From contig CAYQUK010000001.1 in NCBI GenBank assembly GCA_964420875.1, forward strand, positions 74,051-138,050: a stretch of 64,000 nucleotides of DNA. Direction: 5' to 3'. Below, piece after piece: positions 1 to 9,898 of this stretch (within the stretch, counting starts at the first letter, position 1; each line of letters begins with the position of its first letter). This stretch comes from an uncultured Candidatus Saccharibacteria bacterium. Its GTDB lineage: Bacteria > Patescibacteriota > Minisyncoccia > Phycocordibacterales > UBA5272. The notes under the pieces are model-generated. The model was not told where the DNA came from and ran no database searches. It saw only the letters and a list, made by a program, of their open reading frames with translations. The translations under genes and the position numbers were made by a program.

Positions 1-162
1 CTTAAAAAAATTTACAACAAGGAACATATTTTAACTTAGGCTTTATTTATTCTAATTTTTGTGTTATTATGTGTTAGCTATTTTAATCGGCGTGTTTATG
101 TATGATTTTAGCTAACATACATATATATACCTGATATTAAAATAGCAAAGAGAAATATTATT

Positions 163-348
163 ATGGCAAAAACATCAGTTATTGCAAGATCCCTAAAGAA
201 ACCGAAATTCTCTTCACGTATCGTCAACAGATGTTTCAAATGTGGTCGTAAACACGGCTTCATGAGAGACTTTGGCGTTTGCCGCCACTGTTTCCGCGAA
301 TTAGCAAGTGAAGGTCTTATCCCGGGAGTAAAAAAGGCATCTTGGTAA
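163..348 (+). CDS. rpsZ: 30S ribosomal protein S14 type Z (61 aa, C4 zinc-binding)
   Basis: 61-aa basic protein with CxxC...CxxC and the conserved S14 C-terminal motif; lies immediately 5' of S8 as in spc operons. Confidence 0.9.
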   Translation: MAKTSVIARSLKKPKFSSRIVNRCFKCGRKHGFMRDFGVCRHCFRELASEGLIPGVKKASW

Positions 349-358
349 ATCTATTATT

Positions 359-742
359 ATGGATCGCATCGCAAATCTTCTCACAACTCTAAGAAATGCA
401 GGAGTTGTCAGAAAAGAAAAAGTCGTCGTACCTTACTCAAAATATATACTCAGTATCCTCGAGGCTCTCAAGGAGGGAGAATATGTTAAGGCGGTACACG
501 CTGACCCGGAAAATTATTCTATTGAAGTTGTCCTAAACTATGACAATGAAAAGAAGCATAAAATAACAGAGGTCAAACGCATTTCAAGACCAGGTCGTAG
601 AGTGTATTACAAAATCACAGATATAAATAAGATTAGAAACGGCTTTGGTAATGTAATATTATCAACACCAAAAGGTATCATGACTGGCCGTGCGGCCCGT
701 GCTACTAATACAGGTGGAGAGGCACTATTTGAAATCTTCTAA
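359..742 (+). CDS. rpsH: 30S ribosomal protein S8
   Basis: 127 aa; S8-like N-terminus (DRIANLLTTLRNA) and C-terminus; conserved position S14-S8-L6. Confidence 0.93.
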   Translation: MDRIANLLTTLRNAGVVRKEKVVVPYSKYILSILEALKEGEYVKAVHADPENYSIEVVLNYDNEKKHKITEVKRISRPGRRVYYKITDINKIRNGFGNVILSTPKGIMTGRAARATNTGGEALFEIF

Positions 743-748
743 AACATT

Positions 749-1282
749 ATGAGCAGAATCGGAAAACAAATAATCACTATACCTAACGGTGTAGAGGTGA
801 CTATCGCAAATACGAATGTGACTGTAAAAGGTCCAAAAGGAGAACTAGTTCTCCCTATTCGTGATGAGGTAGCACTTAAGATCGAGAATGGTAGTCTAAC
901 ATCAGAGCCTCGTCGCAACGACAAGTTTGCGCGTAGCCTCTGGGGTACATATATGTCACGTGTAAAAGCGATGATACTAGGTGTGCAGACTCCGTTTGTT
1001 AAAAAGTTATTAGTAGAAGGTGTTGGTTTCAAATGGGAAGTCCAAGGTGACAAGTTAAAACTTGCTCTCGGTTTCTCACACCCAGTTATCTTAGACATTC
1101 CAAAAGGATTAGAAGTAAAAGCTGAAAAGCTTGAGCTGACTATCACTGGTATAGACAAAGAGGCTGTGACATTGTTTGCAATGCAAGTAAAGAAACTCAA
1201 AAAACCAGAGCCATACAAAGGTAAAGGTATACGCTACGAGGGTGAGGTCGTCCGTCGTAAAGAAGGTAAGAAATCAGCATAG
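749..1282 (+). CDS. rplF: 50S ribosomal protein L6
   Basis: 177 aa; SRIGKQIITIPNGVEVTI... N-terminus with duplicated L6 domain pattern; synteny. Confidence 0.93.
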   Translation: MSRIGKQIITIPNGVEVTIANTNVTVKGPKGELVLPIRDEVALKIENGSLTSEPRRNDKFARSLWGTYMSRVKAMILGVQTPFVKKLLVEGVGFKWEVQGDKLKLALGFSHPVILDIPKGLEVKAEKLELTITGIDKEAVTLFAMQVKKLKKPEPYKGKGIRYEGEVVRRKEGKKSA

Positions 1283-1285
1283 TAT

Positions 1286-1630
1286 ATGAAAAAGAATAAT
1301 ACAGAAAAACGTCTTCGCATACACAAGAAAATCCGTTCTCGTATATCGGGAACTGCGGAGAGGCCAAGATTGGCGGTGTTCCGTTCAAATGCATATATCT
1401 ATGCACAACTTATTAACGATGACACAAAGTCTACAGTAGCAGCAGCATCTGATCTAAAGTTTGGTAAAATGACAAAGATGGATCGTGCTAAAAAAGTTGG
1501 CGAGACTCTCGCTGACGCAGCAAAAAAAGCAGGTGTTACCAAGGTTGTATTTGACCGCGGTGGATTTGCTTATAAAGGTCGTGTAGCAGCTCTCGCTGAC
1601 GCAGCTCGCGCAGCAGGATTAGTATTCTAA
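1286..1630 (+). CDS. rplR: 50S ribosomal protein L18
   Basis: 114 aa; [31 protein letters not shown] motif typical of L18. Confidence 0.92.
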   Translation: MKKNNTEKRLRIHKKIRSRISGTAERPRLAVFRSNAYIYAQLINDDTKSTVAAASDLKFGKMTKMDRAKKVGETLADAAKKAGVTKVVFDRGGFAYKGRVAALADAARAAGLVF

Positions 1631-1634
1631 AAAT

Positions 1635-2330
1635 ATGTCAGAAGAAATAATTAAAACAGAAGAAGTTATCGAGACTCCTGTAGTAGATACTCCAGCAGAA
1701 GCTATGGTAGAGACTCCTGTAGCAGAAGTTGCACCAGATACATTAGCTTCAGAAGCTGTAGCACCAGTTGCAGCAGCAGCTGACGCAAAGCCAAAATTTG
1801 CAACACGTCGCCCACCTATGGGTCGTGGAGGAGCAGGCGCTGGTAAGGGTGGACCGAGACGCGATAATCGTGGACCTCGCGCTCCAAGAGAAAAGCCTGA
1901 GTTTGATCAAAAGACGCTCGACGTTCGTCGTGTGACTCGTGTGGTATCAGGTGGACGCAGATTCTCACTACATGTGACATTGGTCGCAGGTGATAAAAAT
2001 GGTCGCGTTGGACTAGGTACTGGTAAGGCTACTGATACACAGGCTGCTATGGCAAAAGCTTTGAAGAGTGCTCGCAAGAACATGATCAAGCTTAACCTAA
2101 CAGATAATAAATCTATCGTGCATGAAGTGGAGGCAAAGTACGACACTGCTAAAGTTTGGATATCTCCAAATAAAGGTAAAGGTCTTATTGCTGGTTCATC
2201 AGCTCGTGTGATACTAAATCTCGCTGGTGCACAAAATGTAACTGCGAAGTTCCATGGTGGTACAAAAAACAAACTTAACAACGCTCGCGCAACTATGAAG
2301 GCTTTGGCTCAAATAGCTACTATCGCTTAA
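1635..2330 (+). CDS. rpsE: 30S ribosomal protein S5 with ~90-aa low-complexity N-terminal extension
   Basis: C-terminal 150 aa match the S5 dsRBD plus S5 C-terminal domain (RVTRVVSGGRRFSLHVTLVAGDKNGRVGLGTGKA...); N-terminus is a T/P/V/A/E-rich repeat (ETPVVDTPAEAMVETPVAEV). Confidence 0.92.
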   Translation: MSEEIIKTEEVIETPVVDTPAEAMVETPVAEVAPDTLASEAVAPVAAAADAKPKFATRRPPMGRGGAGAGKGGPRRDNRGPRAPREKPEFDQKTLDVRRVTRVVSGGRRFSLHVTLVAGDKNGRVGLGTGKATDTQAAMAKALKSARKNMIKLNLTDNKSIVHEVEAKYDTAKVWISPNKGKGLIAGSSARVILNLAGAQNVTAKFHGGTKNKLNNARATMKALAQIATIA

Positions 2331-2340
2331 TACAAATTAT

Positions 2341-2760
2341 ATGCAAACACATCAGATCATAAGAGAAAATGCAAATGACAAACAGCGCCAAGTAGGTCGT
2401 GGGGGTAAACGTGGAAAGACATCAGGTCGCGGAGGTAAAGGACAAACAGCTCGTGCTGGTAACAAACGCCGCCCAGCGATGCGTGACGTTATCAAAAAGC
2501 TTCCAAAACTTCGCGGACGTGGTATGAATATGAACAAGGCTTTTCGTGAGAAGCCAGTAGCTGTTAATCTTGCTGAACTAAATATGTTTGAAGACGGAAC
2601 AGTTGTAACTCCTACATCTCTTGTAGCAGCTGGCATCATAAACATGAAAAATGGACGTATACCAAAAGTCAAAATCATGGCTGCTGGTACTCTAGACAAA
2701 AAGCTATCTTTTGAGAGTGTTGAATTTTCAGCAACAGCAAAAGCTAAACTTGGTCTATAA
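2341..2760 (+). CDS. rplO: 50S ribosomal protein L15
   Basis: 139 aa; Gly/Arg-rich N-terminus (GRGGKRGKTSGRGGKGQ) and L15 C-terminal fold; follows S5 directly, so no L30 gene. Confidence 0.9.
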   Translation: MQTHQIIRENANDKQRQVGRGGKRGKTSGRGGKGQTARAGNKRRPAMRDVIKKLPKLRGRGMNMNKAFREKPVAVNLAELNMFEDGTVVTPTSLVAAGIINMKNGRIPKVKIMAAGTLDKKLSFESVEFSATAKAKLGL

Positions 2761-2786
2761 AAACCAAAACTAGTTCTCATCTAAAT

Positions 2787-2823
2787 AAAAGTGCCCGGCC
2801 TTCGGCCGGGCACTTTTATTTGC
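2787..2823 (+). terminator. Rho-independent terminator after rplO
   Basis: GC-rich hairpin gtgcccggcc-ttcg-gccgggcac followed by a T-run. Confidence 0.6.
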
Positions 2824-2837
2824 TATAATTAGCACAA

Positions 2838-4397
2838 ATGACATCTGTCGAAGAGATAAAAGGGAAATTGACTATTGTCGAGGTCATCTCGCAGTATTTG
2901 CGATTGGAAAAGTCTGGGACACAGTACAAGGCTAGATGCCCATTCCACAATGAGCGTACGCCGAGCTTTTATGTCTCGCCATCACGCAACAGCTATCACT
3001 GTTTTGGTTGCAATGAGTCAGGGGATATATTTTCTTTTGTTGAAAAGGTGGAGCATGTCGAGTTCCGCGATGCGCTAAAAATATTGGCAGACCGCGCAGG
3101 GGTGACTCTCAAAAATGAGAACAGGGATGAAGACTCCAAACTCATCTCTATTTTAAAACTAGCATCACAGCACTACGCTAGGAATCTTTTTACCAGCATA
3201 GAGGCAAAAAAGTATATACATGACAGAGGGGTCACTGATAATCTGATAGAGAGATTTGTCATCGGCTATGCCGCACATGAATGGAGAGATATTTATGACA
3301 CATTAAAAAAAGCTGGATACAATGACGAGGATATTGTGAGCAGTGGACTGGTTATCAAAACAGATGAGGGGAAATATTATGACAGGTTTAGAGGGCGTAT
3401 CATGTTCCCGATTTGTAACACATCGGGAACTGTTATCGGATTCACCGGCCGCATACTGCCACAGTATGATGACGGTAAGACTGGTAAATATGTAAACACT
3501 CCAGAGACGAGACTTTATCATAAGGGTCAGGTTTTGTTTAATTATGACAAAGCCAAACGCAGCGTGGCTGACAAGAGAGAAATAGTTTTGGTTGAGGGTC
3601 AGATGGATGTGGTGATGAGTGTAAAGGCAGGAGTAGAGAATGTAGTAGCAGTGTCCGGGACTGCATTCACCGAGGATCATGTAAAGATTATAAGCAGGTT
3701 AGCAGAGAGGGTGGTGATGGCTTTTGATAATGATGCGGCGGGGCACAAGGCCGCCGAGAAGGCTGGAGTGATGTGTACCTATGGAGGCCTAGAGGTATAC
3801 ACTGTCAGTTTGTCAGGAAAAGATGTAGCAGATATGGTATTGGAAGATGGATATCTGTGGAAATCAGCAATAGAGAAAAAAGAGCTACTCATAAAATGGT
3901 ACGCAAATGAGTCTCAAAAGTTAGAATCTAAAAATAGGATTAGCTATGTGCGTCAATATCTCGTACCAGTTTTAAAAGCCGTACGTTCACCACTAGAGCG
4001 CGATGTATATGTAAATGAAATATCTAAACAGCTTGGGATAGACAGTGTGTCGCTTAAAAAAGAAATAGATAATTTTATAACTGAGTACAAAGATGAGGAG
4101 GTGGTAAAAACCAAGACAGACATAGTCAACAAGGTAGACATAGAGGCAGAGTTGGCCGCATTGTCTGTGCATTTTGGATATGAACATACTCATGATTTGC
4201 CAGAAGAGATAATCAACAAAACAATAATAGAATTGGAAGGCAAGCACGCTCTGTCAGAAGGGTATTATCGAGATCTTGTCGCTCTATATAATAAAAAATT
4301 TAAACAGGATGAGATATCTGTATTAAAAGAGAAAATAGCAGCAGGTGAGGATGTGGAAAACAACCTTGCAAAGCTGCAATCTTTGATTGCGAAATAG
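2838..4397 (+). CDS. dnaG: DNA primase DnaG
   Basis: N-terminal CHC2 zinc finger ([15 protein letters not shown]...YHCFGC), TOPRIM region (EGQMDV, DNDAAG); 519 aa. Confidence 0.93.
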   Translation: MTSVEEIKGKLTIVEVISQYLRLEKSGTQYKARCPFHNERTPSFYVSPSRNSYHCFGCNESGDIFSFVEKVEHVEFRDALKILADRAGVTLKNENRDEDSKLISILKLASQHYARNLFTSIEAKKYIHDRGVTDNLIERFVIGYAAHEWRDIYDTLKKAGYNDEDIVSSGLVIKTDEGKYYDRFRGRIMFPICNTSGTVIGFTGRILPQYDDGKTGKYVNTPETRLYHKGQVLFNYDKAKRSVADKREIVLVEGQMDVVMSVKAGVENVVAVSGTAFTEDHVKIISRLAERVVMAFDNDAAGHKAAEKAGVMCTYGGLEVYTVSLSGKDVADMVLEDGYLWKSAIEKKELLIKWYANESQKLESKNRISYVRQYLVPVLKAVRSPLERDVYVNEISKQLGIDSVSLKKEIDNFITEYKDEEVVKTKTDIVNKVDIEAELAALSVHFGYEHTHDLPEEIINKTIIELEGKHALSEGYYRDLVALYNKKFKQDEISVLKEKIAAGEDVENNLAKLQSLIAK

Positions 4398-4437
4398 TTG
4401 TAGCAATGTTATAATACAATTCTTAAACAATTTGTCC

Positions 4438-5838
4438 ATGGCAACTAAAAAAGTTATTTCAAAAAAGAATAGTTCAAAGAAAAATACAGCTAAAACTGTA
4501 ATCAAAAAAACAACTAAAAAAGTTCCTGCCAAAAAAGCTGTCACAGCTAAAAAGACAATTAATAAAAAACCTGTTAAAAAAGTAACAGTAAAAAAAGTAT
4601 CTAAAACAGTATTAAAGAAAACTGTAAAAAAAGTTCCTGTTAAAAAAGTAGTCAAACCTTTAGTAAAAAAGGCTGTTAAGTCTGCCGCAAAAAAAGTAGA
4701 AGTAAAGCCAAAATACAAACCAAAGGCATTTACAATACGTACAAAGCCAAAAAAAGAAGGTGAGAAAAAAGAGGAGAAAAAGATCAGCACAAAAGATCAG
4801 CTAGCTGATGAGTTGCTACAAAAAGGTAAAGAGAGGGGATTTGTAACATATGACGAGATCATAAAATACTTCCCAACAATAGAGACTGATATTTTATTCC
4901 TAGAGGATATATATGAGAGACTGTCTGTTTTAAAGGTGGATGTTCTCGAGAGTGGCAATATTCTCAATCTTGATGACGATGGCAAGGGTAACAAAGAGGA
5001 GAATGCTCATGATAGTATACAGATATATCTTCGTGAGATAGGGCAATATCCACTCATTGGTGGTGAGGAGGAGAAATCACTTGCTCAGCGTATTGCTCTC
5101 GGTGATGACGAGGCCAAAAATTTATTAGCAAAGTCTAACTTGAGACTCGTGGTATCTATTGCAAAGAAATATGTTGGACGTTCAGCTGACCTTTCACTGC
5201 TCGACCTTATCCAAGAGGGAAATATCGGACTATTCAAGGCCGTTGAAAAGTTCGACTGGACAAAGGGATTTAAATTTTCAACTTATGCTACATGGTGGAT
5301 ACGTCAGGCTATCACTCGTGCTCTCGCTGATCAGTCACGCACTATTCGTATCCCTGTGCATATGGTGGAGACTATTGCAAAATACAAGCAGGTGTATCGC
5401 AGACTGTCTCAAGACTTGGGGCGTGATCCATTATCAGAAGAGATAGCTACAGAGATGGACATAGAGCTCGAAAAGGTGCACATGATTGAGAGTATCAATC
5501 AGGATACTGTATCTCTAGAAAAGCCTATTGGAGATGATGACGACAAGTCTACTCTCGGTGAATTCATCGCGGATGACAAGATAATATCACCAGATCAGGA
5601 GTCTTCACGTCGTATACTACGCGATCAGATAGAGGAGATACTAAACAGTCTCTCGGATAAGGAGCGTGAGATAGTGGAGATGCGTAACGGTCTCGGTGAG
5701 TACGAAGGTTATCAGCATACACTCGAGGAGGTGGGTAGTAAATTTGGTGTCACTCGAGAGCGTATACGTCAGATCGAGGCCAAGGTGCATGAGAAGATTC
5801 GTAATCATCCAAAGGCCGACAGACTCAGAAATTTTTAA
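4438..5838 (+). CDS. rpoD: RNA polymerase sigma-70 (RpoD) with ~115-aa lysine-rich histone-H1-like N-terminal domain
   Basis: Regions 1.2 to 4.2 are recognisable ([42 protein letters not shown]; C-terminal [23 protein letters not shown]). N-terminus is KKxxxKK repeats. Start placed at ATG 4438 (MATKK); the provided ORF starts upstream inside the dnaG end. dnaG-rpoD adjacency is conserved. Confidence 0.92.
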   Translation: MATKKVISKKNSSKKNTAKTVIKKTTKKVPAKKAVTAKKTINKKPVKKVTVKKVSKTVLKKTVKKVPVKKVVKPLVKKAVKSAAKKVEVKPKYKPKAFTIRTKPKKEGEKKEEKKISTKDQLADELLQKGKERGFVTYDEIIKYFPTIETDILFLEDIYERLSVLKVDVLESGNILNLDDDGKGNKEENAHDSIQIYLREIGQYPLIGGEEEKSLAQRIALGDDEAKNLLAKSNLRLVVSIAKKYVGRSADLSLLDLIQEGNIGLFKAVEKFDWTKGFKFSTYATWWIRQAITRALADQSRTIRIPVHMVETIAKYKQVYRRLSQDLGRDPLSEEIATEMDIELEKVHMIESINQDTVSLEKPIGDDDDKSTLGEFIADDKIISPDQESSRRILRDQIEEILNSLSDKEREIVEMRNGLGEYEGYQHTLEEVGSKFGVTRERIRQIEAKVHEKIRNHPKADRLRNF

Positions 5839-5846
5839 AATAAAAA

Positions 5847-5874
5847 AAGCGCTACACTTAGTGTGGCGCTTTTC
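5847..5874 (+). terminator. Rho-independent terminator after rpoD
   Basis: Hairpin agcgctacac-tta-gtgtggcgct followed by TTTT. Confidence 0.5.
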
Positions 5875-5910
5875 AAATGCTATATTTTGTGTTATTATAA
5901 GAGCAATATT

Positions 5911-6885
5911 ATGTTGTTAGACAAAGTTACATTAAAGCTAAGCGCAGGAAAAGGAGGAGATGGAGTAGTCCGTTGGCGCAGGGAAAAAGGCATACCTTAC
6001 GGTGGCCCTGCAGGTGGTGATGGTGGTCAAGGAGGCGATGTGTTTTTAAAAGTGATACGTGATGTATACGCTCTTGGAGTGTTCCGCCAAAAGACAGAGT
6101 GGGCGGCAAAGGATGGCCAAAGCGGCAAAAAACGCAGTATGCATGGTTCTAATGCTGAGGACCTATATCTTGAGATACCACTCGGATCTATCGTTTATAA
6201 TCGCGATTATGACATCACATACAACTGTGACGTAGATGGAGAGATAATTAAAATATTAAAAGGAGGTCACGGAGGACTCGGAAATGAGAAATTTAAAACA
6301 GCTGTTAATCGTACACCAGAGGAATATACAAAGGGACAAGCCGGAGAGACTGGGACTTTTGATATTGAGCTGCAGCTGATCGCTGACGTGGGAATAATTG
6401 GTAAGCCTAACGCTGGCAAGTCATCACTCCTCAATGCTCTCACTCGTGCATCTGCAAAGGTGGCTGATTATGAGTTCACCACTCTCGAGCCAAATCTAGG
6501 TGCGTATTTTGGATATGTTCTCGCGGACATCCCAGGATTGATCGAAGGGGCGAGTGATGGCAAGGGTCTAGGAGACAAGTTCCTCCGCCATATCAAACGT
6601 ACATCAATGTTGCTACATCTTGTGAGTGCGAGTGAGGCTGACGTTGCGGAGACTTATAAGATAATCAGAAAAGAGTTAGGGGCGTATGATATGGACCTGA
6701 CAAAGAAAAAAGAGATAGTGATACTTTCTCGTACTGACTTGGTTACGCCTGACGAGATGAAGAAAAAACAAAAAGAACTAGAGAAAGCTTGTGGACAGAA
6801 AATCATGACTATCAGTCTATTTGATGATGAAAATGTTAAAAGCTTTAGTGATAGTTTTATAAAGATCTTGAGAGGAGAGAAATAA
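5911..6885 (+). CDS. obg: GTPase Obg/CgtA
   Basis: Obg fold N-terminus with glycine-rich repeats (SAGKGGDGVVRWRREKGIPYGGPAGGDGGQGGDV) and G-domain (GKPNAGKSSLL, DIPGLIEGA); start placed at ATG 5911 downstream of the rpoD terminator. Confidence 0.92.
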   Translation: MLLDKVTLKLSAGKGGDGVVRWRREKGIPYGGPAGGDGGQGGDVFLKVIRDVYALGVFRQKTEWAAKDGQSGKKRSMHGSNAEDLYLEIPLGSIVYNRDYDITYNCDVDGEIIKILKGGHGGLGNEKFKTAVNRTPEEYTKGQAGETGTFDIELQLIADVGIIGKPNAGKSSLLNALTRASAKVADYEFTTLEPNLGAYFGYVLADIPGLIEGASDGKGLGDKFLRHIKRTSMLLHLVSASEADVAETYKIIRKELGAYDMDLTKKKEIVILSRTDLVTPDEMKKKQKELEKACGQKIMTISLFDDENVKSFSDSFIKILRGEK

Positions 6886-6886
6886 T

Positions 6887-6916
6887 AAAAAAGCCGCCCT
6901 TCGGGCGGCTTTTTTA
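6887..6916. terminator. Bidirectional terminator between obg (+) and gatB (-)
   Basis: aaaaaagccgccc-ttcg-ggcggctttttt: perfect hairpin with A-run and T-run on either side. Confidence 0.65.
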
Positions 6917-8335
6917 TTAGAGACTTTTTATAATCTCTGCGAACACTTGTGGGTTACCAGCACCGTTACTAGCCTTCATACATTTTCCTACGAAAAACAT
7001 TGCTAGCTTGTCAGCCCCAGCTTTGTACTCAGTCCATTCTTTTTGATTTTCAGCTACCACAGTCTCAACTATTTTTTTCAGTGCCTCAGGGTCAACTGTC
7101 TGTATCAGGTTTAGCTCTTTTGCTCGCGTCTCTGTATCTGCGTCAGACTTCATCAGGTCTAATAACAAATCCTTTGCGCCACGAGATGACAACTTGTTCT
7201 CATTTATCATAGTGATAATTGTTTTAAAGTTTTTAGCATTAGGGAGTTTCAATGTGTCATCTTTTGCGAGCAGACCTATCGCATCGGTACAGAGATAATT
7301 AGCTAGAGTCTTCTTGCTGTTCTCGTCGAGACCCTCACTTGCTGCTGCAAAGTATGTATACATATTGTTATCATCCACCAGCTGCTCGATTTGTTTTTCT
7401 TGCAATCCTGTTGCTGTCAATTTGGCGCGTACCGCCCAAGGGAGCTCTGGCAATGCCGCACGCATACCCTCGATGTCGAACTCAGTATGTAAATACATTT
7501 TTGGCAAATCTGGATCAGGGAAATAGCGGTAGTCATGAGCATTCTCCTTTTTACGCTGAGAAAACGTCTCTTGTTTTGCCTCATTCCATCCACGAGTCTC
7601 CTGTATTATTGTTTCGCCCTTTGCGAGCATCTCTTTGTGGCGTTCTACTTCATACAGTATCGCTTTTTCTACAGAGTTAAAAGAGTTCAAATTTTTCACC
7701 TCACATTTTGTACCAAAAACATTTTTATCTTTTGTTATAGATATATTTGCTTCCAGTCTCATCTGACCTTTTTCCATGTCTGCATCACTGGCTCCTAATG
7801 TGCGCAATAGGCGTTGCAACTCTTTTCCAAATTCAGCGCTGCCTCTCGCTGCCTCCTCTGCGGAGTTGTATGTCACAGCGTCAGTTACCAGCTCTTGTAG
7901 CGGTACTCCAGCACGATTAAAATCAACCAAAGTGTATGCACCGGACTCATGATCACTCTTTGCAGTGTCCTCCTCGAGATGTATACGTGTGAGAGGTACA
8001 CCGTGTAGCATTCCGCCAGATACGATAGGATATTTGAATTGAGTTATCTGATAGCCTTTTGGTATGTCTGGATAGAAATAGTTCTTGCGGTCGAACTCTG
8101 TATAGTCCGCGATATTTGATCCGAGTGCGAGACCGACGCGTATGACTTTTTCTACTGCATCACGATTTGGGACGGGTAGGGTACCAGGCTCAGCTAGACA
8201 TATTTCGCATGTGTGCTTGTTCGCCTCCAATTCTAGTGGCACATTTGCACAGTTGCACCACATTTTTGACTTGGTTTTCAGTTCTGCATGCACCTCCATT
8301 CCCACGGTTACAAAATAGCCATCTTTATTTTCCAT
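6917..8335 (-). CDS. gatB: Asp-tRNA(Asn)/Glu-tRNA(Gln) amidotransferase subunit B
   Basis: 472 aa; GatB N-terminus (VGMEVHAELKTKSKMWCNC...CEICLAEPGTLPV) and C-terminal YqeY-like tail; no gatA or gatC adjacent. Confidence 0.93.
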   Translation of the reverse strand: MENKDGYFVTVGMEVHAELKTKSKMWCNCANVPLELEANKHTCEICLAEPGTLPVPNRDAVEKVIRVGLALGSNIADYTEFDRKNYFYPDIPKGYQITQFKYPIVSGGMLHGVPLTRIHLEEDTAKSDHESGAYTLVDFNRAGVPLQELVTDAVTYNSAEEAARGSAEFGKELQRLLRTLGASDADMEKGQMRLEANISITKDKNVFGTKCEVKNLNSFNSVEKAILYEVERHKEMLAKGETIIQETRGWNEAKQETFSQRKKENAHDYRYFPDPDLPKMYLHTEFDIEGMRAALPELPWAVRAKLTATGLQEKQIEQLVDDNNMYTYFAAASEGLDENSKKTLANYLCTDAIGLLAKDDTLKLPNAKNFKTIITMINENKLSSRGAKDLLLDLMKSDADTETRAKELNLIQTVDPEALKKIVETVVAENQKEWTEYKAGADKLAMFFVGKCMKASNGAGNPQVFAEIIKSL

Positions 8336-8419
8336 ATTATGTTGATTATATCAAATATTACCAAAAACCCAAATAAAGACAGCAGATTTCCAGCCCCATA
8401 AAATGTAAAATATCACCAC

Positions 8420-8447
8420 TTGACAAAAGGTTTGTAAATGTTATAAT
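8420..8447 (+). promoter_or_regulatory. Strong sigma-70-type promoter (TTGACA-16nt-TATAAT with TG extension) driving the non-coding region 8455-8709
   Basis: ttgacaaaaggtttgtaaatgTTATAATg read directly in the sequence. Confidence 0.5.
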
Positions 8448-8454
8448 GTTGTCA

Positions 8455-8709
8455 GCAAAGTTCGTTAACCAACAAAGGAGCCCTCAGCCTATACTGTTCC
8501 TCATTCAAGTTTAGATTAAAATTCTCGGCTGACAACGCCTCGTGACGTCGCCGTCGGCTAAATCCACTAAGGCGGCCTAAGCCGCAGGAGGAGAAATAAT
8601 GCATTGGTCGTAAATTTAAGATTCCCGAGTTCCTGTCGACCATTAGACCGAGGGCAATGACCCAGCCCTCGGTCGCCAATAAAGTCTTAGCTTCGCGCTA
8701 AGCTTTTTT
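8455..8709 (+). ncRNA. Candidate structured non-coding RNA (~250 nt, class not identified)
   Basis: Bounded by a consensus promoter and an intrinsic terminator (cttagc-ttcgc-gctaag + T6). Locally GC-rich with several nested hairpins (gttgtcagc...gctgacaac; gcggc-ctaa-gccgc; ccgagggc-aatgaccca-gccctcgg). No plausible + strand ORF; the 75-aa minus-strand ORF has an Arg-rich non-protein-like composition. I found no RNase P (GGAAAGUCC) or tmRNA (tRNA-like end) signatures and no clear SRP helix-8 motif. Confidence 0.35.
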
Positions 8710-9532
8710 ATTTTGCGTATTTTTTATTCCAAGTCATCTGACGCTTTGCGTATTGCCAACTTTTTGTGATTATATTTTGTATCAATTCTTCTTTGTTAAG
8801 TTTATTTTCCAAATAGTTAATAGTCTCTTTGTATTCTATTCCTATACTCGAAAGCCTTTCTTTGCTAATAGTTTTTAATAAGTTTTCTGTCTCTGATATT
8901 ATCCCGTCAATTCTTTTTTCTGTCCGCAGTTTGATACGTTCCAACAGTTCATCTTTTGTTTTGTCTATTATTATCCACTCTACATCGTATTTTGCCTCAC
9001 GATTTCTGGTTGGTATTTCACCATGAATTTGCATTATTTCCAGTTCACGAATTAGTCTCCTTCTGTTCCCGACACTTTTACTTTCAAAATCTGGATCAAT
9101 ATTTTTTATCTCACTCAGTATCTGCTCATCAGTTTTATTTTTATATTTTTCCTCAAAGTTTTTATCACGTGCTGGTGTGTCGGGTAGGCCATACACCAGT
9201 GCATCAATATACATACCAGTACCACCGCAAATAATTGGTAATTTATTTTTAGATATTATTTCCTGTATTGCTTTTTCTGCCTCATGAACCCAGTCGAATA
9301 CCGAGAAGTCTGCACCAGGGTCTGCAATGTCTAGGCAATGATGCTTTATGCCTCGCATCTCATCTGCTGTTATCTTACCAGTCCCAATATCTAGCCCTGT
9401 GTAGACCTGTCTCGAGTCTGCACTGACCACTTCGCCATCGCGCTCTATAGCCAGCTGCACAGCCAGATCACTCTTGCCACTAGATGTTGGTCCTGCGACT
9501 ATTATTATCTTGTCTTTTTTGCTTATTTGCAT
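8708..9532 (-). CDS. miaA: tRNA dimethylallyltransferase MiaA
   Basis: P-loop N-terminus IIVAGPTSSGKSDLAVQLA..EVVSADSRQVYTGLDIGTGK typical of MiaA; 274 aa. Confidence 0.92.
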   Translation of the reverse strand: MQISKKDKIIIVAGPTSSGKSDLAVQLAIERDGEVVSADSRQVYTGLDIGTGKITADEMRGIKHHCLDIADPGADFSVFDWVHEAEKAIQEIISKNKLPIICGGTGMYIDALVYGLPDTPARDKNFEEKYKNKTDEQILSEIKNIDPDFESKSVGNRRRLIRELEIMQIHGEIPTRNREAKYDVEWIIIDKTKDELLERIKLRTEKRIDGIISETENLLKTISKERLSSIGIEYKETINYLENKLNKEELIQNIITKSWQYAKRQMTWNKKYAK

Positions 9533-9559
9533 GATTTATATCTATGCTACAATATATAC

Positions 9560-9859
9560 ATGTTTAGTCCAAATCATAGTCCAGGCTCAGAAAGAAATCG
9601 TTCTCAAAACGACAGTGAGGCGAAAAGAATTAATTGGCAAGGTGGGATGCAGGGTAACCCAATGTTATCCGTAAAGGCAGTTGAAAATTTAAAGTTACAG
9701 ATAAATAGACTCGACTCTGATATAGCAAAACTAAATAATAGTATAGCTGAGTCAAATGATCAGAATATGAGAAAAGCTTTTGAGAAAGTTAGAGATAAAC
9801 TTTTAAGCGAGAAGAAAGAACTAGAAAATACTACCGGAATAAAAACAACCATTCAATAG
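9560..9859 (+). CDS. Hypothetical small coiled-coil protein (start uncertain; possibly leaderless)
   Basis: ORF 9527-9859 overlaps the miaA start; a TACAAT -10 box lies just upstream of the ATG at 9560; C-terminal half is predicted coiled coil. Confidence 0.35.
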   Translation: MFSPNHSPGSERNRSQNDSEAKRINWQGGMQGNPMLSVKAVENLKLQINRLDSDIAKLNNSIAESNDQNMRKAFEKVRDKLLSEKKELENTTGIKTTIQ

Positions 9860-9898
9860 CATTTTTGTGTTATAATGCGTTCATAATTAATTAAAAAT

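Noticed and set aside
1-162. Inverted repeat gttagcta...tagctaac (about 69-110) upstream of rpsZ, possible operator or leader
   Set aside because: Imperfect with a 27-nt loop in an AT-rich leader; insufficient to call a regulatory site.
739-1218. Numerous antisense or alternative-frame ORFs inside clearly assigned genes (e.g. 739-1218-, 1907-2281-, 2352-2780-, 3303-3680-, 4323-4790-, 7000-7798+, 14593-16467+, 23974-24302-, 24155-24977+, 25183-25518-, 28412-28822-, 29959-30545-, 57387-58791-, 59184-59983-)
   Set aside because: They overlap well-supported conserved genes on the other strand or frame and have unusual composition; treated as spurious.
8452-8679. 75-aa minus-strand ORF inside the candidate ncRNA region
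   Set aside because: Arg-rich, low-complexity translation; the locus has a + strand promoter and terminator and hairpin structure, which is better explained as RNA.
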